A stretch of DNA of 28,457 nucleotides. Origin: a virus. Taxonomy: Duplodnaviria > Caudoviricetes. Position 1 is the first letter of the stretch. Every line of letters starts with the position of its first letter. The notes beneath the pieces are model-generated. The model worked only from the letters and a program-made list of their open reading frames with translations. It did not search any database and was not told the DNA's origin. Positions 1 through 10,500 of this stretch are shown here, piece after piece. A program made the translations under genes and the position numbers. The DNA is taken from positions 1 to 28,457 of IMG/VR virus record IMGVR_UViG_3300037524_001174, one strand, 5' to 3'.

Positions 1-1364
1 CGGAGGACGATGCGCACCAGCCCGGTGCGCTTGTCCAGCCACGTCAGCGTCTGCTCGTCGTCCCCGACCGTGGTGCGCGTCGTCTTGACCGTGTGGTCGT
101 AGGCCCAGTCCGAAGCGACTCCGTAATCGTTGAACACCTGATAGCGCACAGAGTACTCGCCAGCAGGGAGGGAGGGGCCGTCATAGACCCGCTCGATGCT
201 GTCGTTGTCCTGCTCGTGCTCTGAAGGTGGGCTGACGACGAGTCTCCAGAGGGGGAGGAAGAAGGGGTCGTCCCAGTTGAGGCTGTCGCTGCTGAGGCGT
301 GGGCGCAACTCGATGATGTAGGAGTCCACTCTTGAACCCGACCCGGTCGTCCACGCGGCCCTGAGGGGCACGTTCCCCAGCGTCTGGCGCGTCCCGTACT
401 CCACCGGGGTCACGGTCGGGAAGGTCCCCAGTTGCTGGAACTCCACCCAGTCCGACCATTCGCTCGACAGGCCGGTATCGTCCTCGGCCTTCGCTCGCCA
501 CTCGTAGACCGCCTTCCCCTTCAGGACGGCGGAACCCGGGTGAGGGACCGTCCATGTCCACACGCCTCCTGCTTCCGGCCACGTGGCCGAGAAGGGCTCA
601 CGGTGGTCCCAGATGACATCCTCGCTGTTCTTCTTCCTGACCCAGATGCGGATGGCCTTGGGAGGGTCGAGGTCTTGGTCGTAGTACGTGCCCGAGAAGT
701 CCGTGCCCGGGAGCACCTCGCCCCTCGGCTCGATGAGCCCGGGGACGTCTGGCTCGTGGGGGGCGCTGTACGTGATGACGATGTAGGCCTTGTTGATGCC
801 ACTCCCGCTCTCGATGGAGTGGATTTCGCCAGCCTCCTCCTGCGTGGACTCGTCCTCGGCACGGATGAGGATGCCGTGGCGCCCCTTCCCGCCGCCCGAC
901 TTCGTGACGGTCCCGTCGAGGTAGCGCTTGTCGGTGGGGAGCCACATGCCGAAGAGGCTCGTGATGTCCGCACGGCCCTCGCCACCGTTGACGGGGGAGA
1001 GCGTGATGCGCCACCGCCTCTCGGTGTTGACCTTGGCCTTGACCCAGTCGGCCTCGGCGTAGGAGGAATGGGTGCCCTCCTCGAACTCCTCCGTGAGGCG
1101 ATAGACGAAGCAGTCGGTGTCGCGCTCTACGTCGATGAGGTCTTCACTGGTGGTGACCACCAGTTCGGCCTTCTCGATGACGGAGATGTCCCCGATGGCG
1201 TCACTGATGCCACCGAAGTCGATGAGGGCCCGATAGACCTTCCCCTGCGACTTGCCCAGCAGGAGCCGCTCTCGGAGCCCGGCCCCCTCCTTCTGGCCTT
1301 CGCCCCACGGGACGCCCGTCCTGAGGCTGAGGTCCTTGCTCGCCTCGATGTCTATCTGGGGCAT
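1..1364 (-). CDS. Tail/receptor-binding-type protein with an N-terminal DNRLRE (CBM96-like) domain followed by Fn3/Ig-like domains; 3' end runs off the window
   Basis: Not in the ORF track because it is open at the edge. Read manually from ATG 1364: MPQIDIEASKDLSL...YRALIDF...IEKAELVV...VYRLTEEFEEG...ADITSLFGMW...HGILIRAEDE...HSIESG...AYIVITY (DNRLRE pattern), then YEWRAKAEDDTGLSSEWSDW and YSVRYQVFNDYGVASDWA (Fn3-like). Starts immediately after the stop of the upstream gene. Confidence 0.75.
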   Translation of the reverse strand, partial: MPQIDIEASKDLSLRTGVPWGEGQKEGAGLRERLLLGKSQGKVYRALIDFGGISDAIGDISVIEKAELVVTTSEDLIDVERDTDCFVYRLTEEFEEGTHSSYAEADWVKAKVNTERRWRITLSPVNGGEGRADITSLFGMWLPTDKRYLDGTVTKSGGGKGRHGILIRAEDESTQEEAGEIHSIESGSGINKAYIVITYSAPHEPDVPGLIEPRGEVLPGTDFSGTYYDQDLDPPKAIRIWVRKKNSEDVIWDHREPFSATWPEAGGVWTWTVPHPGSAVLKGKAVYEWRAKAEDDTGLSSEWSDWVEFQQLGTFPTVTPVEYGTRQTLGNVPLRAAWTTGSGSRVDSYIIELRPRLSSDSLNWDDPFFLPLWRLVVSPPSEHEQDNDSIERVYDGPSLPAGEYSVRYQVFNDYGVASDWAYDHTVKTTRTTVGDDEQTLTWLDKRTGLVRIVL

Positions 1365-1365
1365 C

Positions 1366-2292
1366 TCAGACCCACGCTTCGTAGAACGACATCTCGCTCA
1401 GGTCGTCCAGAGGGGTGGTCGCGCTCCACGAGTAGATGGCGGCCGACTCCCCCTCCGGGGTGGGAGGGACAGTCGGCCATGTGTACCCCGACTCCCTCTC
1501 CGTGTCGATGAGGTCCATCCGCAGCGTGGGGCCTTCCCCCTCGTCGTAGTAGACGACCCGGTTGACCGAGTCCACGATGACGTACCTGTCGGTCGTCCCC
1601 GCCGGGATGGTCACCGCCATGTTGGCGCCCAGACCGACGAAGGCGAAGATGCACCCCCCGGTGAGCGAGCCAGAGCGGCGGAGGACGAGGCTCATGGGCG
1701 TGGGATAGGTCCCACGGTTCCTGACATAGCCGCTCCCGCTCAGGCCGTCGAAGTACTCGACCTTGCGCGTCGGGTTGTAGATGAGGGGGTCCTTCGCCTC
1801 GAATGACATCGAGACGGGGATGACGAACCCACGGGCCGACTCGGCCATGATGGCCTCGTGGGTGATGACCCAGTCAGGCATCGCCGCAGGGCGGGCGCGG
1901 ATGGACTGCTGGATGTACCCGGACGGCCAGTCGGAGATGTAGGTGGTGGGGACCTCGAACGTCAGTGGGAGATATCCCTTCTCCGTCGGGGCAGCGGCGT
2001 AGGCCGAGGTCGGGGTGAGGGCATAGCGCAGGAGGGCCAGCCTATCGAACAAGTCCGCCTTGCGCTCGCCATAGACCTCACCGACCATGTCCACTCGGCG
2101 CATCCCCATGAAGACGTCGCTGGCGCTCATCCCATCCTTGAGCGCGTTCTTCTCGACGTACGCGTGGATGGTCACCGGGGCGAAGGTCACACGCGTGAGG
2201 CGCATCCCCGCTATCGGGTTGTTCCCGCCCGCCCCGAAGGACGCCGAGTTGAGCACGATGCCTCGGTACGTCACGGGGCGAGCGATGTCCAT
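1366..2292 (-). CDS. Tail protein, distal-tail (Dit)-like
   Basis: 308 aa in the structural operon. Has FEAKDPLIY and VRNRGTYPTPMSLVL...YVIVDSVNRVVY motifs resembling phage distal tail proteins. Confidence 0.55.
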   Translation of the reverse strand: MDIARPVTYRGIVLNSASFGAGGNNPIAGMRLTRVTFAPVTIHAYVEKNALKDGMSASDVFMGMRRVDMVGEVYGERKADLFDRLALLRYALTPTSAYAAAPTEKGYLPLTFEVPTTYISDWPSGYIQQSIRARPAAMPDWVITHEAIMAESARGFVIPVSMSFEAKDPLIYNPTRKVEYFDGLSGSGYVRNRGTYPTPMSLVLRRSGSLTGGCIFAFVGLGANMAVTIPAGTTDRYVIVDSVNRVVYYDEGEGPTLRMDLIDTERESGYTWPTVPPTPEGESAAIYSWSATTPLDDLSEMSFYEAWV

Positions 2293-2295
2293 GGC

Positions 2296-2934
2296 CTACG
2301 ACCTCTGGATGATGCGGATGCGCTTGCGCAGGCGCTCCCAGTGCCCCTGATAGAAGTCCGTCAACTGGGTCAACTGGTTCATCGACACGTCGGAGTTGGC
2401 GGGGTTCGTGCGCCACTGCTGGAAGAGCGTCCTGTCGCTCTGGAGGCGCTGGTACCCGGTGACGGCGGCCACCGCCCGAACTGCGTACTCGCACTCGGCG
2501 TCCCCGTCGAGGATGTCGCCATCAGCGTCCATCGTGTCACGTGGCCAATAGCCCCACACACGGACGGTGTGGGCATCGGTGTCGAGGGAGCCGACGAACT
2601 CAGGGAGATAGAGCGACCCCCCGTGGTACTCCCAGCCGCCCTGCCCATGCTCGGAGGCCATGTTCGCCGGGATGCCCAAGACGACCTCCCCGTCCTTGAG
2701 CAGTTCGACCCTGAAGAGGGCGTATGCCCCCACGGCCGTGTAGAGCCTCTGGTCGTCCTCGCTGAGGTCCAGCGAGACGACGTCCTCCTTGGGATAGACC
2801 CTACCGACTTCGAGGATGCCCACGTTGATGAGGTCGTTGACCTCGGTGTTCGTGAAGGCCTCACCATCCGGGTCGCGGAGGTCGCGCAGGATGGACGCCC
2901 TGAGTGCTGTGCGGGTCGGGGGCGTGTACGGCAT
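2296..2934 (-). CDS. Putative head-tail adaptor protein
   Basis: 212 aa directly downstream of the major capsid gene. N-terminal LRASILRDLRD...FTNTEVNDLINVGILEV helix pattern is typical of adaptors. Confidence 0.6.
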   Translation of the reverse strand: MPYTPPTRTALRASILRDLRDPDGEAFTNTEVNDLINVGILEVGRVYPKEDVVSLDLSEDDQRLYTAVGAYALFRVELLKDGEVVLGIPANMASEHGQGGWEYHGGSLYLPEFVGSLDTDAHTVRVWGYWPRDTMDADGDILDGDAECEYAVRAVAAVTGYQRLQSDRTLFQQWRTNPANSDVSMNQLTQLTDFYQGHWERLRKRIRIIQRS

Positions 2935-2947
2935 GGCTCGTGTGCTT

Positions 2948-2981
2948 CATGGGGGGAGCGTGTCAGCCCGCTCCCCCCATG
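2948..2981 (-). terminator. Strong stem-loop downstream of the major capsid gene (terminator/attenuator-like, no U-tract)
   Basis: CATGGGGGGAGCG (2948-2960) pairs with CGCTCCCCCCATG (2969-2981): 13-bp perfect stem, 8-nt loop, intergenic. Confidence 0.6.
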
Positions 2982-2992
2982 CAGCCCTCCTC

Positions 2993-3970
2993 CTACGCGG
3001 AGAGGTCGAGGGTACCGGCGTGCGTCTCGACCTTGCCGAAGCGAGGTCCGCCAGCCGTTGCCACCTCGATGGTCTTGGCGCCCCACATGCCCTTGTAGCC
3101 GACGATGGCCGACTGGGCGGCGGGGTCCGCATGGTCGCCACCGGGGCGGACCATGAACGTCTCGATGCTCTGGAGGTCACCGAAGGCGAAGTACTCCGGC
3201 CCGAACACCACGGTGTTGTAGGTGTCGGTCGCCCCCGCGTTGACCGTGCCCACGGTGGACTCGATGAAGCGGATGCCGTACATCCGCCCAATCTCGCCAC
3301 TGAACAGGTTCTCGGGGCTGCCGTACTTCGACGCCTCCAGCCAGCCGCCGATGGCGGTGTCGGACTGGAGGTCGTAGGCGACGGCCGGGTGGATGATGCT
3401 CACGTAGTTCCCATCGGGGAACGTGGGCACATTGGCCGTCTTCAGTTGGGCTGCCCACTTGCGGATGTCGCTGGCAGCGAGCCCGCTCCCAGCCACCGCG
3501 AGGGTGATGCCCGTGCCCGCCATGACGGCGGTTGCGATGGACTTGTCCACGGTCCTCAGGGCGTCCCACGCGACCCGCTCGGCCGCCACGGCCATGAGTT
3601 CGTGGGGGTTGAGGGCGAGGACCACGTCCGTCAGTTCGACCAGCCGCACGCGCTGGGCCACGTCGTACTCGGCGTAGCCGATGGTCAGCGCCTCGGTCGC
3701 GGGAGGGGTGCCTTCGACGGCGACCACCGGGTCGGTCGAGGACAGGTCGCCGTACGCGATGAAGCGGATGGCGTTCGTGCCCGGGACGAGCCGACCGGGG
3801 AGGTAGGCGCCGGGGAAGAGCCACCGACAGGCCGCCCTCAGGTTCTCAAGGACCGTCCGCTCCACGAGAGCGGTGACGGTCTGCCCGAAGTTGGTCGTGA
3901 CGGAGGGGGACCCCGCCATGGCACTGGAGGTTGATGCTCCAGTACCTGCAGAGATGGGAGTGTCTGGCAT
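2993..3970 (-). CDS. Major capsid protein, N4-gp56 family (HK97 fold)
   Basis: 325 aa with motifs EGTPP, VELTD, IIHPAVAYDLQSD, WLEASKYG..ENLFSGEIGRMYGIRFIES and VGYKGMWG. Confidence 0.88.
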   Translation of the reverse strand: MPDTPISAGTGASTSSAMAGSPSVTTNFGQTVTALVERTVLENLRAACRWLFPGAYLPGRLVPGTNAIRFIAYGDLSSTDPVVAVEGTPPATEALTIGYAEYDVAQRVRLVELTDVVLALNPHELMAVAAERVAWDALRTVDKSIATAVMAGTGITLAVAGSGLAASDIRKWAAQLKTANVPTFPDGNYVSIIHPAVAYDLQSDTAIGGWLEASKYGSPENLFSGEIGRMYGIRFIESTVGTVNAGATDTYNTVVFGPEYFAFGDLQSIETFMVRPGGDHADPAAQSAIVGYKGMWGAKTIEVATAGGPRFGKVETHAGTLDLSA

Positions 3971-3973
3971 GTG

Positions 3974-4549
3974 TTAGTACCCCTTGTTCACCAACAGGTC
4001 CCGGGCGAACGCTTCGGCATCCCTCGCAAGGTCTGCCTTGAGTTCGGCGGAAGTCTTCTCATGGATGGGCTTCGGCACCTGCATCTCACGTGGAGCCGTG
4101 GGCGAGACGACGACCGGGGCGGGGCGTGCGACCTGAGGGGTCAACCGCGCTTCGAGCCCAGCCAGTTTCGCCTCATCCATCGAGGCAAGCGTCGTGTCGT
4201 CAAGAGCCTCTGCCGCGAGCGGAAAGCGCGCACGCCGCATCTCTGCGGCGTATGTCCTCTCTCGCTCGACCAGTTGCTTGCGGAGGAGTTCGTTCTCCTG
4301 CCGCACGGCGTCGTCCTCGGCTGGCACCCGCTGTCCGGGGGCCTTGCGCTCAGCCTCAAGGGCGTCGATGCGCTGCCTCAGAGCCTTCGTCTCGGCTGCG
4401 TACTGTCGGCCCAGCGCCGACTGCTTGGCAGCCCACTCGGCCTCGACCTGTTCCGGCGTGCGCACCATCCCTGCCGTGGCCTGCGCCTCATCGGCGGAAG
4501 CCCCGACCTCCGGTGCGGACTGCGGTTCAGTCTCGTTCGCCACCTGCAT
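3974..4549 (-). CDS. Putative capsid scaffolding protein
   Basis: 191 aa, acidic and coiled-coil-like, immediately upstream of the major capsid gene. AGGAG RBS before the ATG. Confidence 0.65.
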   Translation of the reverse strand: MQVANETEPQSAPEVGASADEAQATAGMVRTPEQVEAEWAAKQSALGRQYAAETKALRQRIDALEAERKAPGQRVPAEDDAVRQENELLRKQLVERERTYAAEMRRARFPLAAEALDDTTLASMDEAKLAGLEARLTPQVARPAPVVVSPTAPREMQVPKPIHEKTSAELKADLARDAEAFARDLLVNKGY

Positions 4550-4554
4550 ATCTC

Positions 4555-7500
4555 CTACTGTACCCCAGTCGGTGGTGTCATTCCTGACGGTGGGGCGATT
4601 GGAGCCTGCTGGCCACTCATCGCCTCGGTCAACTCATCTGCCAGCCGGAGGACGTCGCGTGGCGCCCTACCGGGGCCGAAGGCGTACGCGAACGTGTCGG
4701 TGAGGGCAGACCCGATAGACCCCAAGGTCACCTCATCCCCCTGCAGCGCCGCAGCCCCCAGCCTGCGCGTCCACGCGGGCATGTTCACGGGGAGGTTCCA
4801 CGGCGTCCCGGGGAGCATGAGTTCGAGGAGGTGGAGCGTCTCTGGCATCTGGGCCACGAAGTCCGCGATGCCATCGTCGGTGTTCAACTCCAACTGGATG
4901 GCCTCCCAGACGTGGTTGGCCATCGCCAGCCCGGCGAACGGGGCGTCCACACCGAAGGGCTTCTCGATGAGGAAGCGCATCAACTCGGGCAGCACCTTGC
5001 CCCACATGTAGGACAGTGGGTAGAGCCCAAGGTACGGGTGGTTGGCGCTCCGCTCCAGCCACGACCGGCCACGAGCGTAGTAGTGCGTCTTGAAGGCGGC
5101 CTCCTCGGACGCCGACCACGCGATGCGCGCAGCCTCCGCCAGCATGAACTGCTGGGGGTCCCAGACCGACATGTTCCGGCCGTGGACCTCGGGGGTCACG
5201 GAGTCGAAGAGGCTCTGGAGCCGTGGGTCGAACTGGCCCGTCGTGCGGCCTACCCGCCTGCCCCAGTCAGCGTACGCGTTGAGGATGTGCGGGAGACGCA
5301 GGGAGGGGTCTTCCACGAAGCCCTTGGCCACGTAGTTCTCGTACTGGGCAGCCACCCACTCCTCGGCATCCCGGGAGAGCGTCTTCGTCGTCGGACGTGG
5401 CTTCCTTCGGGCCGCCGCGTAGATGTCGTGGATGGCCTCGATGGCCGACGGCTGCAGGTTCCTCGCGAAGGTGTGGAACGACTCATGGACGAGGGTCGTC
5501 AGGTCCGCCTTCTGGCGGTTCAGGTAGAAGGTGGCTCGGGAGTCGGCGTCGAAGGCGGTAGCACCAGCCCAGCCCCTTCCTCTCCGCTGGAGGAGGACCC
5601 GCTGGGCAGCGGCGACCTCGGCATCTGCGGCCCCTGAGGGGAAGGCTGCCTTGAGGGACTCGATGCCTCGCTCTCGGGCCCAGACGTCCGGGGCTGCGCG
5701 CTTGAAGGCGTCGTCCCCAGCCGCGATGACGGTACCCAGATGCCTATCTGCCAACGCTGCTGCGACATCGCCTCTCCCTCTCGCTGTGAGTTCATCGAGG
5801 ATACTCTTCCCCAGTTCCTCACGGAGCGCTACCTCCCGTGAGACGCCCTCGGCTACCCTCGCGTCCACCCTGTCCATGTCGTCCGAGAACGAGGCGAACG
5901 TCCCGTTGGAGTCGTAGAGGTTCCGCTCGAACCTCACCGGGACCGGAGTCTCCCCGCCGAGTTCCTGTATCCACGTCCCGTCCTGAAGGCGTGAGAGCAA
6001 CTCAGCGGGGACCGGGGCCATGGCCTCGAAGTCTGCCAACTCGGACTTGTCGGGGACATGGATGTGGTTCTCGGCGCTCCATTCATCTCTCGGTGTGAAG
6101 AGCGACCTGACGCCGACGTTGCCCTGCTCATCGAAAGCGGCCATGTAGCCGTTCCACTGGATGCCGTGCTGATGCAGGTAGCGCGCCAGCACGTCGGCGC
6201 TCTGAGCGCCGCCGCCGTCCATCTTGAAGTCGAACGCCCAGTACCTGCCACGCCCGCTGCGCGTCTGGGGCTGGCCGTTGACCTTCGGCTTCGGGACGCT
6301 CACGGAGAACACGCAGTCCTGCTGCAGAAGGTACGTGAGGCACAGCCTCGCATCGTCCACCTGCTCCGCGCTCCCGAACAACTCCCATGCCGTGTTGGGC
6401 GTGTGGGAGAAACCGTCCGGGGACTTCCACCCGCCACGCCCGGGGGCCACCGCCGTGATGGTGACGCCGGTCAACTCGGACACGATGGGCAGCGTGGCCT
6501 TCGCCATGTCCCCGGTGATGATGTCCTGCGTGTCGAAGTCCAGCCCGTGGAACGGGAACGCCTCGCTGAACGGCCGGTTGCTCGTGGAGGGGACGGCCTC
6601 GAACGCGACCTGTGCCCCGGTCTGCGGGAACATGGCCATCGGGCCGCTCTCCATCGCCCGGTACTGGCGGCGCATCGCCTCCCACGCCACGGCTTGGATG
6701 TCCGCCACCGTCCATGGGTTCCCGTTGGCGTACGACCTCCCCAGCCAGCCCTCGCCTTGGTTGATGGCGTCGGTCAACTCGTTGTACCGCAGGATGGAGG
6801 CCGCGTACTCAGGCGTCTCAGGCTGCTTGTCATACACGTCGTTCAGTTCGACGCCGTGCTCCTGCTCGAACGCACGCTTGCGCTCGTAGTACCTTTCCTT
6901 CGGCTCGTCCTTCTTCTTCTTCGCGATGGAGCCATCCGGCTGGACTTCCTCCACCGTGATTTGCTTCCCCTCGAATGCCCTCAACTCGATTTGGGCCCTC
7001 ACGAGTTCCTGCTCATACGCCTGACGGTAGGGAAGAGCGGACTGCGCCTCGGCCCTCTTCTGGGCGATGAAGCGGATAGTCTCGGAGTCGATGTAGCCAC
7101 GGTCGCGCTTCATCCACACGTCGATGGCGGCAGGCTGCATGGGGACGACCGTCCCGTCGAGACGGGTGAACGTGGGGGCATTCGGGTGATGCTTGAACCA
7201 CGACCGCTGCTCGTTGCCTAGCACGGAGTCCATGAAGTCGTACAACTTCGCGGCCACGCCCTCGGATGACAGGGTCGTCTCCAGATGCTGGATGAGCCCA
7301 CGCATCTGCTTCTCCTGCATCTTGTAGAACGTCACCTTGGGCCGCTTCCCCTGACGGCCGGGGCGGATAGTCTCATCGATGACTTGTACGAGGTTCCCAA
7401 GCCCACCACGAGGTGACGTCTGCACCTGAGTGGCCGCCCACGCCATGAACGCACGAGCGGACACCTCGACCCGCACGGCAGCCATGTCCGTGAGGTCTAT

Positions 7501-10500
7501 CTCGGGCAGGGACGAGCGGTGTGCGTTCATCAACTTGGCCCAGCGCCTGAGGGACTCGTCGTCCATGGCGTGGAACACGGAAGCGAAGCGCGGGCCCATC
7601 ATCCTGTACCACCCGGCGGCGCCCTCGATTTCGGGGGCGGTCAGGACGCTCAGGAGGTAGCGCTTGTACTCCTCCGCGCCGCGCACCGGGTCCATGCCAT
7701 GGTCGGGGGCGAACTTGACGCCCTCCACCTCACCGACGAAGACCGGCTTGGTCTTCAGTTTCCCGGCCAGCGCCTTGTTCCCGGCGTTGACATGGGCGGT
7801 CATGTCCTTGTGCGGCTTCGACGGCAGGAGGTCGTTCGCCCTCGCCAGAGTCGCCTGCCACCTCGCGTCCTCCGGCCCGAAGAGTTCGATGCCGTACTCC
7901 TCGGCCCACCTGTCGAAGACCTGAAGGTAGGACCCGATGGGCAGTTGCCCGTTGTTGTCCAGCCACTGCGTGGAGCCGGTGAACGTGCGGGCGACGTACT
8001 CGTCCAGCGGGATGCCCTGCGTGACGGCCCCGGCCTCCATCATCGCCCTGAGCGTCTCCCGCGCCTGACCCCTCACGGCAGGGTCGTAGTCCACCACCGC
8101 GTCATCGAGGAACTGGTCGATGTCCGGGGCATTCGCCACCTGCCACGCCCGCTCGGCGTACTCGGGCGTGAGGCCCTCGCTGACCATCCCGTTCCTGAAT
8201 GTCCACTCATCGAGGCCCCCGGCCGCGATGTCCGCACGCATCGACACCCACGAGTCGTACCCCGCCCAGCGGGCGACGTGGGACCTTCGGACCCCGTCAA
8301 TCCTGCCGATGGTGTCGGGCTTCCCGCCATCCCAGAGGTGCAGGTGCGTCTCTGCCCTGTCCGGGTCCCGCCAGCCCTTGTGCTTCAGCCACCTGACGAC
8401 GACCTCCTCCCGGGAGAGCGGGACGTTCTCCCCAGCCGCCCGGGCCAAGTCGTTGAAGTGCGCCGAGACGCGGGCGTAGAAGGTCGGGCTCACCCGGTCC
8501 CACATATCCACCACGGCCTCGGCGTACTGCTTCCTGTGGGCGAGCACGTAGTTCAATGACTTCACGTCGCGGAGGCTCGACGTCCCGGCCGACAACTTGG
8601 CCGTCAGGCCCCCGAGGAAGGTCTGGGGCCCGGCATAGCGGTGCATGAGATGGGCACCGATGGTGCGGAACTCCCGGTTCTCCAGCCCCTCTGCAAGGTG
8701 GAGCGAACTGTTCATGGCCTCGATGACCATGAGGTGCTCCACGTCCTGCTCCTTCAACTTCCTCCCCAACTTGTACCCACGGAGGATGTTGTAGAAGTAC
8801 GGCTCGATGAACTCCTGCGCGAGGAAGATGGGGTTGAGGTTGAAGCGTATCCACGGGTAGACACGCTCCGCCAGCATCGACACGTAGTTCTGCCACGCCG
8901 TCGTCTGCGTCTTCAGGGCGCCCGTCATCTTCGACGTCAGGCCGACCTGCATCACGTCGCCCTCCATCGCACGAGCGACGAGGAGCATGTAGCCACGGTC
9001 CCCGATGCGGGTCTTCAGGTCGCGGGGGATGTCGGCCTTGTTGAGAAGGTCGCCCAACTCTGCGCGGGTGAACGCACGCATCGTCATCTCGCGGTCGCTG
9101 GCAGCCTTGCGGATGACGTTCCAGAGGGTGGCTGCCGACCCGTGGTCGAGCCCGAAATCCCTCACGCCCGACCTGATGAACTCACGCCGGTTGCGCTGCA
9201 GGATGTTCTCCGCACGGATAGGGGAGAACATCTTCTGGCGGATGACGTCCATGCGGGTCGGCGTGGCCACGTTCCCCGGCGTCACGTCGATGTCCATCCA
9301 CGGTGCGTACCCGACGAGGTTGCCGTGCTCGTCCGTCACGGCCCTCCACACCTTGTCGGGCGAGGGGGCGAGGCCGACCCTGTAACCCCGCCCCCCCAGA
9401 CGGCCCGCTGAGTCGTCAAGGTACTGGGCCACCGTCGGAGCGATGGCCCGCAACTTGTCGTCCGAGATGACGCTCACGAGGCTCTGGTTCTTGATGGCGT
9501 CTTCGAGGAAGACCTTCACCCGGTTGAGGAAGTCCACGTCGGTGGCGTCGTACACCGGGGAGTAGAAGTTCCTCGCCAACTCCTCGTAGTGGGCGACCGC
9601 GTCCTGCACCGCCGCCGTGCTCCCGCTCCCGATGTCCTTCAGGATGCGCTCGGCATCTTGGATGGTCAGCGTGCGGGGGCCGACGATGGTGACGCGCTGG
9701 ACGTTGGAGCGGTCGGCCTGCCGCTCGATGAGCCGCTTCTTCGCCTTGGCCCTCGTGCGGTCGATGCGGGCACGCCCCAGCACCGCCTGCGCGGCTGAGA
9801 TGCTCCCGTCAGCCACCCGGGCATCGACGTTCCTCGCCTCCACGAAGTCACGCGTCACCCTCCCCCAGTGGAGGTTGTGGATGTAGGAGATGGTGTCCTC
9901 GCTGGCGTCCCCCACCATGCGCCGGGCGGTCGCGACATCGATTTCGAGGACGTACGCCAACTGCTCGGCGGCCTGCTCCCTGAAGAGCCCCATCTGCCGG
10001 TCGTACTCGACGCGCCTCGCATCACCCTCCAGCCCGTGGAGGTCGGGCACCGGCTGGTAGCGCACACGCTCCGTGTGCCGCTGGACCTCCTGCGCGAGCA
10101 GGGAGTCGTCCAGCACGCCGTCCCTGTAGCCCTGCTCTATCTGCCTCGCCACTTCGCTGGGGGAGATGGCATCGGGCATGAAGGACGCGCTCTCGCCCTT
10201 CCCCCAGACGCGTGCCATCTTGGACAGGTTGTCCATCAGCAGCGACCGCTGCGAGTACGCCACGGCCCTTCCCAGCGCGTCGTGGTAGCGGGAGACGACA
10301 TCCGGCCCGAGGGCCGAGATGGCCTCCGACAGGCGATGCACGACGAGGATGTCATGCCCGTTGATGAAGCCCAGCACGGCCTTGTTCGCGAAGCGCTGCC
10401 CGAAGACCTTGCCGATGTTGTCCCTGCCGAAGATGCCCAGTGGCGAGTTCAGCATCTCGCTCACCTTGGCAGCGCCGTTGATGACCGGCGTGAGGCCAAT

